Notes: generated from the sequence alone by a model not told the origin. Positions 1 through 10,878 are shown, numbered from the stretch's first letter. The stretch is DNA of 63,900 nucleotides from an uncultured Enterobacteriaceae bacterium (GCA_964601805.1 CAZROW010000002.1:21172-85071); one strand, 5' to 3'. Program-made: numbers and translations.

Positions 1-60
1 TCTTTAATTAACAACAGGAATAACGCAGCAGTAACTCCTCCCCTGCCAGCTTATCAAGCG

Positions 61-3000
61 ATGAACCAGTTACAACTCAAGTCATTGCCCCGCATTGAAG
101 GTGCCGGGGAAAAACAGCGTTGGGACGGTGTTTCCGGCGCCGGCACCAGTATGGTGATTACGCACTATACCGCCCAGCATGGTGGACTGAGTGTCGTGGT
201 CACTGAAAACAGCCAGCAGGCAGAGCGCCTGCAGGCCGAGGCGGCCTTTTTCAATGCCGAAGGCGTGAGCCTGCTGGAGTTTCCCGACTGGGAGATACTG
301 CCTTATGACAACTTCTCCCCACACCAGGACATTATCTCCCGGCGCCTGACCACCCTGTCAGAACTGCCTGCTGCCAACAAGGCGATCCTAGTGATTCCCG
401 TGAGCACCCTGCTGCACAGGCTGGTACCGGCCTCCTATATCAAGGGCATGAGCCTGAGCCTTCAGGTGGGACAGCAACTGGACCTGGCCGGTATGCGCAG
501 GGAACTGGAAGCTGCCGGTTACCTTTGCGTGGAATCTGTCTACGAACATGGCGAATTCGCCGTACGCGGTTCCATCATGGACATCTTTCCCATGGGCGGT
601 CTGGCCCCGGTACGCATAGAACTGTTTGATGACGAGATTGAAAGCCTGCGTCACTTTGATGCCGAAACCCAGCTCTCAAAGGACACCATCACAGCTATCG
701 ACCTGTTGCCGGGCAAGGAATTCCCCCTGACAGAGAAAGGCATCACGACTTTCAGGCAGAATTTCCGGGAACGCTTTGATATTGATGTCCGCAAGTGTCC
801 CCTATATGACGATATTTCCCGTGGTAATGCGGTGGCCGGTATCGAATATTACCTGCCTCTGTTTTTCGAGCAGCTCGCAACACTGTTTGACTACCTGCCA
901 CAGGACACGACCTTTTTTACTGTCGGGGAAGTGGCAGAGGCGGCCGACCTGTTCTGGCATGATATCCGCCTGCGCTATGAAGATCGCCGCGTTGATCCGG
1001 AACGTCCCCTGCTGCCACCGGCAGAGCTGTTCCAGGCTACCGAGGAACTGTTTGCTGCCATCAATACCTACCCGCAACTCAACCTGCAGGCAGCAACCGG
1101 AAAAAGCGGTCATGCCACCCTGCCAACCCGGGGCATGCCGGAACTGGACGTGGAACACAAACGGGATCGGCCCCTGCAGAAAGTGGAGGAATTTGTAGCC
1201 GGGCTGGACAACACGCCCGTGCTGTTTTGCGCAGATTCACCGGGCCGTCGCGAAGCCCTGCTGGAACTGCTCGGCAGTACCGGCATGAAACTGAAGCCCG
1301 TACAAAACTGGCAGGAATTTGAGCAGTTGCGTCCACCGCTGGGGATCACGGTGGCCCCACTGGAATCCGGAATCTGGCTGGAGACACCCGACCTGGCCCT
1401 GGTCACCGAGAGCCAGCTGTTTGCCGATCACGTCAGCCAGCCCCGGCGTCGTGGCAAATTTACAGACAATGCCGACTTCATTATCAAGAGTCTCACCGAA
1501 CTGCACCGGGATGCTCCCGTGGTTCACATTGACCACGGTATTGGCCGCTACAAGGGGCTGGAAACCTTCGAAGTGGAAGGACAGCTCACTGAATTCCTTA
1601 TCCTGGAATATGCTGACAGCGCCAAGCTGTATGTGCCTGTCTCCTCCCTGCACCTGATCAATCGTTACAGTGGTGCCGATGCAGATCATGCGCCCCTGAG
1701 CAAACTGGGCAGTGACCAGTGGGAGAAAGCCAAGCACAAGGCCGCCGAAAAAGTCATCGACGTCGCTGCCGAACTGCTGGACGTCTATGCCCGCAGGGAA
1801 GCCCAGAAAGGCAAAAAGTTTAACCTGCCCGTTGATGACTACCGCCTGTTCACCAATGACTTCCCCTTCGAGGAAACAGAAGACCAGGAAGAGACCATCA
1901 AGGCCGTACTCGCCGACCTGCAGCAGGAGAAAGCCATGGACAGGCTGGTATGCGGCGATGTCGGTTTTGGTAAAACCGAGGTGGCCCTGCGCGCTGCCTT
2001 TATTGCTATCAACAATAATACCCAGGTGGCCATTCTGGTGCCGACGACCCTGTTAGCCCAGCAGCATTATGACAATTTCAAGGACCGTTTTGCCGATTGG
2101 CCTGTCAATATCGCGCTGATGTCCCGCTTTGTCTCCAGCAAACAGCACACCAGCAATATGGCTGACCTGGCCAATGGCAAAGTGGATATCGTCATCGGTA
2201 CGCACAAACTGCTGCAAAGCGATGTCAAATACAAAAACCTGGGACTGCTGATTATCGACGAGGAACACCGCTTTGGTGTACGCCAGAAAGAACGTCTCAA
2301 GGCCCTGCGTGCCAATGTCGACATCCTTACGCTGACGGCAACGCCGATCCCCCGCACACTGAACATGGCCATGTCCGGTATTCGTGATTTGTCCATCATT
2401 GCCACGCCACCGGCACGCCGGTTATCCATCAAGACCTTCGTCAGGCAGTCGACACCCGGACTGATCAAGGAGGCCATCCAGCGTGAATTGCTGCGCGGTG
2501 GGCAGGTCTTTTACCTGCACAACGAAGTCAAGACCATCGAGAATGCCGCCGATGAAATTCGCCAGCTGATTCCCGAAGCCAAGGTCTGTGTGGGGCATGG
2601 CCAATTACGTGAAAGCCGCCTGGAAAAAGTCATGTCCGATTTTTACCATCGCCGCTACAACGTGCTGGTTTGCTCAACCATCATTGAAACAGGGATAGAC
2701 ATTCCCACTGCTAACACCATCATTGTGGAACGTGCAGACAAATTCGGGCTGGCACAGCTGCACCAGTTGCGCGGCCGTGTTGGCCGGTCCCATCACCAGG
2801 CTTACGCCTACCTGTTAACACCGAATCCGAAAGCCATGAGTGCGGACGCCCTCAAGCGTATTGATGCCATCGGCAGTGCCGACACCCTAGGTGCCGGGTT
2901 TGTACTGGCAAGTCATGATCTGGAAATTCGCGGTGCCGGTGAACTGCTGGGCGACGAACAAAGCGGGCATATCCAGACTATCGGTTTTTCCCTGTACAGC

Positions 3001-3525
3001 GAAATGCTGGATCACACGGTCAAGCTGATGAAACAAGGCAAGCACCCGGACCTTAACCGGCCGATCCATACCGGCACGGAAATCAACCTGCATATCCCGG
3101 CCCTGATTACTGAAGATTACCTGCCGGATGTGCATACGCGACTCATGATGTACAAGCGTATCGCCAACGCCGGCAGTACCCGGGAACTCGATAACCTGAA
3201 AGTGGAAATGATTGACCGTTTTGGCCTGTTACCAGAACCCACCAAGCTGCTGTTTGAAGTCACGCATTTGAAACTGGTTGCCGACTCGCTGGGGATCAGC
3301 AAGGTGGAAGCCAACGCCCGTTTTGGCAAGGTCATATTCAATACGGACACTACTGTCGATCCCTACGCCGTCGTCAAACTGGTCCAGGACAAACCTGCCG
3401 TTTTCTCCCTGGCAGGCGCAACAGAGTTGAAGTTTCGCCACGAGCTGTCAGAAGCCCGTGACCGCATAGCCTTCACCCGCGACATGCTGGCTGCTTTAAC
3501 TCCTGAATCGCTTCAGGTAGCCTGA
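61..3525 (+). CDS. mfd: Transcription-repair coupling factor Mfd
   Basis: 1154-aa ORF with SF2 helicase motifs (GDVGFGKTEVA Walker A, IIDEEHRFG DExH box, QLRGRVGR motif VI). Length and domain order are typical of Mfd. Confidence 0.95.
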   Translation: MNQLQLKSLPRIEGAGEKQRWDGVSGAGTSMVITHYTAQHGGLSVVVTENSQQAERLQAEAAFFNAEGVSLLEFPDWEILPYDNFSPHQDIISRRLTTLSELPAANKAILVIPVSTLLHRLVPASYIKGMSLSLQVGQQLDLAGMRRELEAAGYLCVESVYEHGEFAVRGSIMDIFPMGGLAPVRIELFDDEIESLRHFDAETQLSKDTITAIDLLPGKEFPLTEKGITTFRQNFRERFDIDVRKCPLYDDISRGNAVAGIEYYLPLFFEQLATLFDYLPQDTTFFTVGEVAEAADLFWHDIRLRYEDRRVDPERPLLPPAELFQATEELFAAINTYPQLNLQAATGKSGHATLPTRGMPELDVEHKRDRPLQKVEEFVAGLDNTPVLFCADSPGRREALLELLGSTGMKLKPVQNWQEFEQLRPPLGITVAPLESGIWLETPDLALVTESQLFADHVSQPRRRGKFTDNADFIIKSLTELHRDAPVVHIDHGIGRYKGLETFEVEGQLTEFLILEYADSAKLYVPVSSLHLINRYSGADADHAPLSKLGSDQWEKAKHKAAEKVIDVAAELLDVYARREAQKGKKFNLPVDDYRLFTNDFPFEETEDQEETIKAVLADLQQEKAMDRLVCGDVGFGKTEVALRAAFIAINNNTQVAILVPTTLLAQQHYDNFKDRFADWPVNIALMSRFVSSKQHTSNMADLANGKVDIVIGTHKLLQSDVKYKNLGLLIIDEEHRFGVRQKERLKALRANVDILTLTATPIPRTLNMAMSGIRDLSIIATPPARRLSIKTFVRQSTPGLIKEAIQRELLRGGQVFYLHNEVKTIENAADEIRQLIPEAKVCVGHGQLRESRLEKVMSDFYHRRYNVLVCSTIIETGIDIPTANTIIVERADKFGLAQLHQLRGRVGRSHHQAYAYLLTPNPKAMSADALKRIDAIGSADTLGAGFVLASHDLEIRGAGELLGDEQSGHIQTIGFSLYSEMLDHTVKLMKQGKHPDLNRPIHTGTEINLHIPALITEDYLPDVHTRLMMYKRIANAGSTRELDNLKVEMIDRFGLLPEPTKLLFEVTHLKLVADSLGISKVEANARFGKVIFNTDTTVDPYAVVKLVQDKPAVFSLAGATELKFRHELSEARDRIAFTRDMLAALTPESLQVA

Positions 3526-3529
3526 GACC

Positions 3530-4390
3530 ATGAAACGCCTGCCATACCTGCTCATTCCTGTTTTATTTGCCTGCCTGGCAAACCAGGCTGTGCTGGCCCA
3601 GGGATTCAGTTATGACGGCAATCGCTGGTATGAACTGGAAGTCAGCATCTTCAGTCATGAAAATGGCGGCAGCAGTAACGAACAGGTCATTACCGGCCAT
3701 ATTGACCTGAGTTACCCGGAACTCATACTTTTGCTTGAACCCGCTGTGAGCAGTTTCATGGTGGATTTTGCCCCGGACAATCCCCTGCCGGTCTTCCAGT
3801 CCCCGGCACTGCAACCACAAACACCGGCTGAAACCGTGTTGATCGGACCAGAGACGGCCCCGGGTGAAAGTGATTTCAGGCTGACTGATTTCTCCCGTGA
3901 TCCCTATATCGCACTGGGCAGTGATGAAGCGGAGTTTTCCGAATACAACCGGGATATAGAACGCTCCCCCGATCATCGACTGCTGTTTCATGCCGTCTGG
4001 CGACAGCCGGTATTGAACCAGGTGCAGGCAACGGCGATTTTTGTCAGTGGCGGGGATCAGTATGGCAGGCATCATGAACTGGAAGGCAGCCTGCGTTTCA
4101 GTTTCAACGTTAACCGCGTGGACGTGGAAGCCCGGCTCTGGCTTGCTACATTTTCCGCCTTTGCCTTTACCAATGCTGGCAATCCTGACTGGCAATTGCC
4201 AGACCCACCGTTCAAGACAGGTGATGAGACATTAACGCTGGAATTGCCGGTCACCGATATTGGCTACATGGACCAGGTCCGGCCCATGATCAGTAATGAA
4301 CTGCACTACCTGGATCATCCCGATTTCGGCATGCTGGTACAGATCCGGCCTTACGAGTTACCCCAGCCCACGAACTTTGCTTTTGAATAG
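3530..4390 (+). CDS. CsiV-family periplasmic (peptidoglycan-binding) protein
   Basis: 286 aa with an N-terminal signal peptide (LFACLANQAVLAQG). The WYELEVSIF and ELHYLDHPDFGMLVQIRPYE motifs resemble the CsiV/DUF2803 family as I recall it. It sits 4 nt after mfd, as csiV does in Vibrio. Confidence 0.55.
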   Translation: MKRLPYLLIPVLFACLANQAVLAQGFSYDGNRWYELEVSIFSHENGGSSNEQVITGHIDLSYPELILLLEPAVSSFMVDFAPDNPLPVFQSPALQPQTPAETVLIGPETAPGESDFRLTDFSRDPYIALGSDEAEFSEYNRDIERSPDHRLLFHAVWRQPVLNQVQATAIFVSGGDQYGRHHELEGSLRFSFNVNRVDVEARLWLATFSAFAFTNAGNPDWQLPDPPFKTGDETLTLELPVTDIGYMDQVRPMISNELHYLDHPDFGMLVQIRPYELPQPTNFAFE

Positions 4391-4405
4391 GGTGCCCTGC
4401 CCGGA

Positions 4406-5134
4406 CTATTTGACCGCGCTTTGCAGAACCCGGCGAATGTCATTGATACCAGTGTCCAGGATAGCGGATATCTGGGCAAAGGAAATCGCATCACTGTCCA
4501 GCCCGGCAGCCCAGTTCACCACCAGGCAAATGCTGGCATAGGGTATCTGTAATTCCCGCGCCAGTGACGCTTCAGGCATGCCGGTCATGCCCACGATATC
4601 GCAGCCATCGCGTTTGAGCCTTTGAATTTCGGCTGCCGTTTCCAGACGTGGTCCCTGGGTACAGCCGTAAACACCCTTGTCGATACAAGCGAGCTCTGAG
4701 GCTGCCACACTGGCAACCAGGGTTTCACGCAGGGTGGCATCATAGGGCCAGGTGAAATCAATATGGTTTTCCACGGCATCCAGGGCATCAAAGAAGGTGT
4801 GGGCACGGCCCCAGGTGTAATCAATGACCTGGTCAGGAATCACCAGGGTACCCGGTGCCATCAGGTCCGTGATACCACCGACCACATTAACCGCAATAAT
4901 GTGAGTGGCGCCGCTTTCCTTGAGGGCATAAAGATTGGCACGGTAATTGACCTTGTGGGGAGGAATGCCGTGCTCTGTTCCATGTCGTGGGAGAAACAAG
5001 ACCTCGTTGTCACCCAGGGATTCCCTGTGGACAGTTACCGGGGGCTCGGCAAACGGGGTCTGGATATCAACAGACTGGGTCGGTGTTTCCCCCGACAGGC
5101 TGTAGAAACCACTTCCCCCGATAATGCCAATCAC
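4406..5134 (-). CDS. mtnP: S-methyl-5'-thioadenosine / thioinosine phosphorylase
   Basis: 242 aa. The N-terminal MIGIIGGSGFY and PRHG..H motifs are typical of MTAP-type purine nucleoside phosphorylases. Confidence 0.8.
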   Translation of the reverse strand: MIGIIGGSGFYSLSGETPTQSVDIQTPFAEPPVTVHRESLGDNEVLFLPRHGTEHGIPPHKVNYRANLYALKESGATHIIAVNVVGGITDLMAPGTLVIPDQVIDYTWGRAHTFFDALDAVENHIDFTWPYDATLRETLVASVAASELACIDKGVYGCTQGPRLETAAEIQRLKRDGCDIVGMTGMPEASLARELQIPYASICLVVNWAAGLDSDAISFAQISAILDTGINDIRRVLQSAVK

Positions 5135-5146
5135 TCGAGTGCAGGC

Positions 5147-5728
5147 CTACTTGTAGTAAGCGTTTTCGTCGAAGGAATGATCCGTTACGTCACGGATTTC
5201 CTTGATCTGCGGTAACTGGGATTTCAGGGAGGCTTCCACGCCTTCCTTCAGGGTGACATCCACCATGCCGCAGCCCTGGCAACCGCCACCAAAGCGCAGG
5301 ATCACTACACAGTCTTCCGTGACTTCTTCCAGGCTGATAAAACCGCCGTGGGCGGCAAGGCCGGGATTGATCTCGTTGTAGAGAATGTAATTGATGCGAT
5401 CTTCCAGGGGACTGTCATCGGTGATTTTCGGCATCCGCGAGTTGGGCGCGCGAATGGTGAGCTGCCCGCCCATGCTGTCCTTGGCAAAATCAACCACGGC
5501 CTCTTCCAGGTACTGCTTGCTCTTCTTTTCCACGTAGGCGTTAAAACCGGTGTACTCGAAAAGTTCATCGTCTTCCTTTTCCTCGCCAGGGCGGCAAAAG
5601 GCGATACAGGTTTCTGCCTTGGGCGTGCCACCATCAAGAACAAACACGCGAATGGCAATGCCTTCGCAGTCCTGTTTATCCAGTAATTGCTTGAGGTAGG
5701 TTTGTCCTGATTCTGTAATCTCTATCAT
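5147..5728 (-). CDS. nfuA: Fe-S cluster biogenesis protein NfuA
   Basis: 193 aa with a degenerate A-type N-domain plus a C-terminal Nfu domain carrying the GGCQGC motif. Size equals E. coli NfuA. Confidence 0.9.
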   Translation of the reverse strand: MIEITESGQTYLKQLLDKQDCEGIAIRVFVLDGGTPKAETCIAFCRPGEEKEDDELFEYTGFNAYVEKKSKQYLEEAVVDFAKDSMGGQLTIRAPNSRMPKITDDSPLEDRINYILYNEINPGLAAHGGFISLEEVTEDCVVILRFGGGCQGCGMVDVTLKEGVEASLKSQLPQIKEIRDVTDHSFDENAYYK

Positions 5729-6056
5729 GAAGAAGCGTTATCCTGATCAGGCCTTCAGCAGACCTGAATCGTAATCGTGTGTTGTAGTCGTGTGTTAAGG
5801 GGCGTTCCGGATCTGGTCAGAGCTTCCTTCCAATATGGAGGCTGCCAGCCGTGAATCAAGGCTGGTGGCGAATTGTCGGTCATGTGACCCAGGAAATCAA
5901 AGCAAGCCCCTACAAAGTGTGAGTTTATTCAGGGCATTCAAAGGTTTACCCATGGCACTCATTCCGGTGTCGTAGTATCATCGCGGGCCTTTAAACAGGC
6001 ACCGTTACAGAATTCAAGACGCTGCCGCCAGTACCCAATATATCCGGATTTATTGC

Positions 6057-7715
6057 ATGTACATCTACGACCAGTATGACCACCAGATGCTGCAGGATCG
6101 CATCGCCCAGTTCCGTGACCAGACCAGGCGTTACCTGGACGGCAAGCTCACCGAAGAGCAGTTCTTGCCGCTGCGTCTGCAAAATGGCCTGTATATCCAG
6201 CGCCTGGCCCCGATGCTGCGCGTGGCCATTCCCTATGGCTGCCTGTCATCCAGGCAACTGCGCAAACTGGCCTCCATTGCCAGGGACTATGACAAGGGTT
6301 ACGCCCATTTCTCCACCCGCCAGAACATCCAGTACAACTGGCCACAACTGGAGCAGGTTCCCGACCTGCTTGCCGAGTTGGCGGAAGTGGAAATGCATGC
6401 CATCCAGACCAGTGGTAACTGTATTCGCAATACCACGACGGACCAGTTTGCCGGCGTCTCAGCCGATGAAATTGAAGACTCCCGCCCCTGGTGTGAAATC
6501 ATTCGCCAGTGGTCCACCTTCCACCCGGAATTTGCCTACCTGCCGCGTAAATTCAAGATTGCCGTGTGCGGAACCGGTCATGACCAGGCAGCCACCCAGG
6601 TGCACGATATTGGCCTGTACATCAAGAAGAACGACAAGGGTGAAGTCGGTTTCCAGGTTCTGGTTGGCGGCGGCCTGGGACGTACACCGGTTATTGGTGC
6701 CGAAATTTGCGACTTCCTGCCCTGGCAACACCTGCTGACCTACCTGGATGCCATCATGCGGGTCTATAACCGCTATGGCCGTCGCGACAACAAGTACAAG
6801 GCCCGTATCAAGATCCTGATGAAGGAAATCGGTCCCGAAGAATACCGCAAACGTGTCGAGGAAGAATGGCAGCATGACAAGGATGGCCCCGGCACCCTCA
6901 CGCAGGAAGAGGTCGATCGCTGCAAGGGCTTTTTCACTGACCCGGATTACGAGCAGCTTGAAGACAGCAATCCTGTCATTGAGGAAGCCGCGGCAAGCGA
7001 CCTGCTGTTCAATCACTGGCTGGAACGTAACGTAGCCCCGCATAAAATGTCCGGCTATCGCATCGTGACACTCTGCCTGAAGGAAACAGGTGTCGCTCCT
7101 GGTGATGTCACAGACCAGCAGATGGAATTTATTGCCGACTTGGCAGACAAGTACAGCTTTGGTGAAATCCGCGTCACGCATGAACAGAACCTGGTCCTGA
7201 CAGATGTTCGCTACAGCGACCTGTATGAGCTCTACCGGGCATTGAAGACAGAGACATTGGCTACGCCCTACCTTGGCCTGATCAATGACATCGTCTGCTG
7301 TCCCGGTGGTGATTTCTGTTCACTGGCCAATGCCAAGTCGATTCCCATCGCCGAGGCTATCCAGCGCCGTTTTGAAGACTTTGATCTCCAGAAGAATATC
7401 GGTGATATCACCCTGAATATTTCCGGCTGCATGAATGCCTGCGGACATCACCATGTGGGCAATATCGGCATCCTGGGTGTCGACAAGAAAGGCGCCGAGT
7501 TCTACCAGGTCACCCTGGGTGGTTCGGCTGACCGGGACACAGCCCTGGGCAAGGTGCTCGGCCCTTCCTTTGCCCAGGAAGACATGCCGGATGTCATTGA
7601 AAAAATCGTCAACGTGTATCTGGATAACCGCAATGAAGGTGAGAGTTTCCTGTCCACCTATAACCGAATCGGTATCGAGAGTTTCAAGGAGCGTGTCTAT
7701 GCCAACGCTGATTAA
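6057..7715 (+). CDS. cysI: Assimilatory nitrite/sulfite reductase hemoprotein (ferredoxin-type CysI/Sir family)
   Basis: 552 aa with two nitrite/sulfite reductase repeats. Siroheme/4Fe-4S cysteine cluster present (CCPGGDFC ... SGCMNACGHH). Followed by its usual DUF934 partner. Confidence 0.8.
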   Translation: MYIYDQYDHQMLQDRIAQFRDQTRRYLDGKLTEEQFLPLRLQNGLYIQRLAPMLRVAIPYGCLSSRQLRKLASIARDYDKGYAHFSTRQNIQYNWPQLEQVPDLLAELAEVEMHAIQTSGNCIRNTTTDQFAGVSADEIEDSRPWCEIIRQWSTFHPEFAYLPRKFKIAVCGTGHDQAATQVHDIGLYIKKNDKGEVGFQVLVGGGLGRTPVIGAEICDFLPWQHLLTYLDAIMRVYNRYGRRDNKYKARIKILMKEIGPEEYRKRVEEEWQHDKDGPGTLTQEEVDRCKGFFTDPDYEQLEDSNPVIEEAAASDLLFNHWLERNVAPHKMSGYRIVTLCLKETGVAPGDVTDQQMEFIADLADKYSFGEIRVTHEQNLVLTDVRYSDLYELYRALKTETLATPYLGLINDIVCCPGGDFCSLANAKSIPIAEAIQRRFEDFDLQKNIGDITLNISGCMNACGHHHVGNIGILGVDKKGAEFYQVTLGGSADRDTALGKVLGPSFAQEDMPDVIEKIVNVYLDNRNEGESFLSTYNRIGIESFKERVYANAD

Positions 7716-8202
7716 TCAGGGCCAGGTAGTGGAAAACAGCTGGCAAAAAGTGGAAATGGATGCCGGACTGGATAGTGTTGAGGGATCCGAAACCGGCGAG
7801 AAGATCATCGTGCCGCTGGCCATGTGGCTCGCGGAAAAGGATGCCCTGGCCGGTATTGGCAAGACGATTGGTGTATGGCTGGACAGCGAGGATGATCCCT
7901 ACCGCCTGTCAGACGACATACAGTCCCTGCCGCTGATTGCCCTGAACTTTCCCAGCTTCAGGGATGGCCGCGCCTTTTCCTCGGCTGCAATACTGCGCGA
8001 GCGCCTGGGCTATACCGGTGAACTGCGTGCCATAGGCGAGGTTCTTCGGGACCAGCTTTTCTACATGCAAAAGTGCGGCTTTGACAGTTATGAACTGGCT
8101 GAAGGTGTCGCCGTGGAAGATGCCCTGGCGGCCTTCAATGACTTTCATACCAGTTACGCCAGTACGGTGACCGAGACAACGCCCCTGTTCAGACGCCGCT
8201 AA
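7699..8202 (+). CDS. DUF934 protein (sulfite-reductase-associated)
   Basis: The internal ATG at 7699 gives MPTLINQGQVVENSW..., 167 aa, overlapping the cysI stop by 17 nt. The longer track ORF from 7435 is an out-of-frame overlap with cysI. The DUF934 call rests on size, position and the FPSFRDGRAFS motif. Confidence 0.7.
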   Translation: MPTLINQGQVVENSWQKVEMDAGLDSVEGSETGEKIIVPLAMWLAEKDALAGIGKTIGVWLDSEDDPYRLSDDIQSLPLIALNFPSFRDGRAFSSAAILRERLGYTGELRAIGEVLRDQLFYMQKCGFDSYELAEGVAVEDALAAFNDFHTSYASTVTETTPLFRRR

Positions 8203-8223
8203 CGGCGTCTTGCACCAGGCTGA

Positions 8224-9276
8224 TCAGGACATCATCTCGTTGTTGTTTTTGGAGCGCTGCAGCCAGCGCAAAAGCGTGCTGTCCAGCGCCGACTCCATAA
8301 TGCTGCCCAACTTGTCGGCAATTTTCTTTTTCTTCTCATAGGCCACGTGATACACATCACTGGCCTCACAGGCCGCAACAATCAGCTCGTCGCTGGTGTT
8401 GATCTCATCGACCAGGCCAAGCTCCATGGCCTTGATGCCCTGCCAGGTCTCGCCGGTAGCCAGCTTGTCGATATCCATGGCAGGCCGGGATTCATGGATG
8501 AAGTCCTTGAACAACTGGTGTACTTCCTGCACATCCTCCGCCATTTTCTGGCGTCCCTTTTCCGTATTTTCACCAAAGATCGTCAATGTGCGCTTGTACT
8601 CGCCCGCTGTCACCATCTCGTAATCGACATGCTTGTCCCTGAGCAAACGGTTGAAATTGGGTAATTGCACCAGGACACCGATTGAGCCGATGTAGGCAAA
8701 AGGTGCTGCCACCAGTTTCGTGGCGATACAGGCCATCATGTAACCACCGCTGGCGGCCACCTTGTCGACACAGATGGTCAGAGGAACACCCCGGCTGCGT
8801 ATACGCTGTAGCTGGGAGGCGGCCAGACCATAGGCATGGACCATGCCGCCAGGGCTTTCCAGGCGCAGCAGTACTTCATCGGTGTCCTCACGAATGGAGG
8901 TCAACACGGCTGTAATGGCATGGCGCAATTCATCAACCTGGCTGGCCTTGGGATCACCTTCAAAATCTATAACATACAGACGCTTGCGCTCTGCCTGTGA
9001 ATCTCCGGCTTTCTTGCGAGCTTTTTTCTCCTGTTTGGATTTCTTTTTCTCTTCCTTGGCTGCCAGTTTCAGGCTGTGCTCATCTTCGACTGCATTGCGG
9101 ATTTCATCCCGGTAGTGATCAATTTCCTTGTTCAGGTGAGTCACCACGATACTGCCCTTGGCTTCTTTCTTTTGCTTCATGGCATTGGCCACGGCAGCCG
9201 CCATGACAATCAGGATAGCCACCACGATGGTGGCAGTTTTGAACAGGAACAGGCCGTATTCAGAAAGGAATTCCAA
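8224..9276 (-). CDS. sohB: Inner-membrane S49 peptidase SohB
   Basis: 350 aa, near colinear with my recollection of E. coli SohB (MEFLSEYGLFL..., LRLESPGGMVHAYGLAASQLQR, DKVAASGGYMMAC). Confidence 0.9.
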   Translation of the reverse strand: MEFLSEYGLFLFKTATIVVAILIVMAAAVANAMKQKKEAKGSIVVTHLNKEIDHYRDEIRNAVEDEHSLKLAAKEEKKKSKQEKKARKKAGDSQAERKRLYVIDFEGDPKASQVDELRHAITAVLTSIREDTDEVLLRLESPGGMVHAYGLAASQLQRIRSRGVPLTICVDKVAASGGYMMACIATKLVAAPFAYIGSIGVLVQLPNFNRLLRDKHVDYEMVTAGEYKRTLTIFGENTEKGRQKMAEDVQEVHQLFKDFIHESRPAMDIDKLATGETWQGIKAMELGLVDEINTSDELIVAACEASDVYHVAYEKKKKIADKLGSIMESALDSTLLRWLQRSKNNNEMMS

Positions 9277-9332
9277 GGTTTACACTCCAGCGGGAAAAGT
9301 CAGGTATTTCAACCTGGACAGGATTCTGGTGA

Positions 9333-9374
9333 ACAGTAGGAAACAGGGAGCCAGTCAAGCTGACGGGCTCCCTG
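9333..9374 (-). terminator. Intrinsic terminator after the ArsB/NhaD-type permease gene
   Basis: 9-bp stem CAGGGAGCC / GGCTCCCTG (9344-9352 / 9366-9374), followed on the minus strand by TTTCCTACTGTT. Confidence 0.55.
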
Positions 9375-9384
9375 CTCCTGCGTT

Positions 9385-10773
9385 TTATTCTGCGATTTCA
9401 AGCGCAGCGATTTCGTCATCAATCGTGGCACCAATCTCGATTTCGGGGTTGCTGTAGAAATCGAAGAAAACCGACATGATGATGGAACAGATAATCAGGG
9501 TCAGGATCATCACCGGCGAGCCTTTTCTGATCCACAGGCCCGGGGTGATGGCCAATTCCGGCCTGCCCTCGTCTTTGGCCAGTTTCTCGGAAATGGTGAC
9601 AATGAAGACATTGGCCGTCGAGCCCAGGTGAGAGCCGTTACCCCCCATACCGACACCGGCTGCCAGTGCCCACCACAGGGCATTGACGTTGATGCCCTGC
9701 TGCTCCAGCCCGATGATGATGGGAATCATGGCCGCAGTGAACGGGATGTTGTCGATAAAGGCGGACAGGAAGGCGGCTACCCACATCAGGATGATACAGG
9801 CAGTCAAAAGATCCTCCTGGACAAAGGGCAGGATGAACTGGCCGATATATTCCAGGAAACGGCTGTGTTCCACGCCGCCGACGATGATGAACAGCGCCAT
9901 GAAAAACATCAGCAGGGTCAGTTCGATATCGGCAAAGTGATCATCCATGTCCACATCCTTGCCGAAGAAAACCAGCAGGGTCAGGCCCATGCCGGCCACG
10001 AACCAGGCTTCCCAATGCAGCGTCCGGTGCATGATGAAGCCCACAACCATGATGGCCAGGACAATCAGCGCGACTTTCCAGGTGTAGGGATCCTTCAGTT
10101 CTTCCTGCTGGCTGAAATCCTTGATCTCGGGGACTTGTGCCAGCTCTTTCTTGAAAATGACCTTCAGGAAGAACAGTGTCGCCAGCCAGGCAACGAAAAC
10201 AATGCCGCCCATGTGGTAGAAGAAGGTGTTGAAATCGATATTGGCGGCGGAGCCGATCATCAGGTTGGGCGGGTCACCGACCAGAGTGGCGACACCACCG
10301 GTGTCTGACAGCAGTGCCGCTGCAAGCAGGTAGGGAATCGGGCTGACATTCATGGAGCGCGCAATCAGGATGATCAAGGGCCCGAAAATAACTACCGTGG
10401 TCACGTTATCCAGCAGCAGAGACAAGACGGTCACCAGGGTACCCATCATGGCCATGAGCAGGAACAGGCGTCCCTTGCTGAGGTCGGCAATCTTGTAAGC
10501 CAGCATCTGGAAGCCGCCGGTGGGTATCATGATGGCCACCACGGTCATCATGGCACCAAGCAGGAATATCACGTTCCAGTCGATCGACTCGATGGCGAGT
10601 TCGGGGCTGTAAAATCCAAAGTACTGACCTGCCAGGACCATGGCACCAGCACCACCTAAAGCGAATTTGGCACGGTGAAAACCATGCACCCCCTCTGTAA
10701 AAATACCAATAAAGGTTATGACCAGAATAATCCCGGACACCATCATGGGGGTATCCATTGTCAGCACTTCCAT
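9385..10773 (-). CDS. ArsB/NhaD (SLC13-like) family anion/cation permease
   Basis: 462 aa, highly hydrophobic multi-TM protein with a duplicated transporter half. Composition is typical of the ArsB/NhaD permease superfamily. Substrate unknown. Confidence 0.6.
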   Translation of the reverse strand: MEVLTMDTPMMVSGIILVITFIGIFTEGVHGFHRAKFALGGAGAMVLAGQYFGFYSPELAIESIDWNVIFLLGAMMTVVAIMIPTGGFQMLAYKIADLSKGRLFLLMAMMGTLVTVLSLLLDNVTTVVIFGPLIILIARSMNVSPIPYLLAAALLSDTGGVATLVGDPPNLMIGSAANIDFNTFFYHMGGIVFVAWLATLFFLKVIFKKELAQVPEIKDFSQQEELKDPYTWKVALIVLAIMVVGFIMHRTLHWEAWFVAGMGLTLLVFFGKDVDMDDHFADIELTLLMFFMALFIIVGGVEHSRFLEYIGQFILPFVQEDLLTACIILMWVAAFLSAFIDNIPFTAAMIPIIIGLEQQGINVNALWWALAAGVGMGGNGSHLGSTANVFIVTISEKLAKDEGRPELAITPGLWIRKGSPVMILTLIICSIIMSVFFDFYSNPEIEIGATIDDEIAALEIAE

Positions 10774-10878
10774 AGGGATTCCTTAGTTTTTTAACGTTTT
10801 GAATTTAAAGATATATTTAAAAAACAGCTGGATGATTATATGCACCGCATTACGGTACTTCAAGAAATTCGCCCGTGT

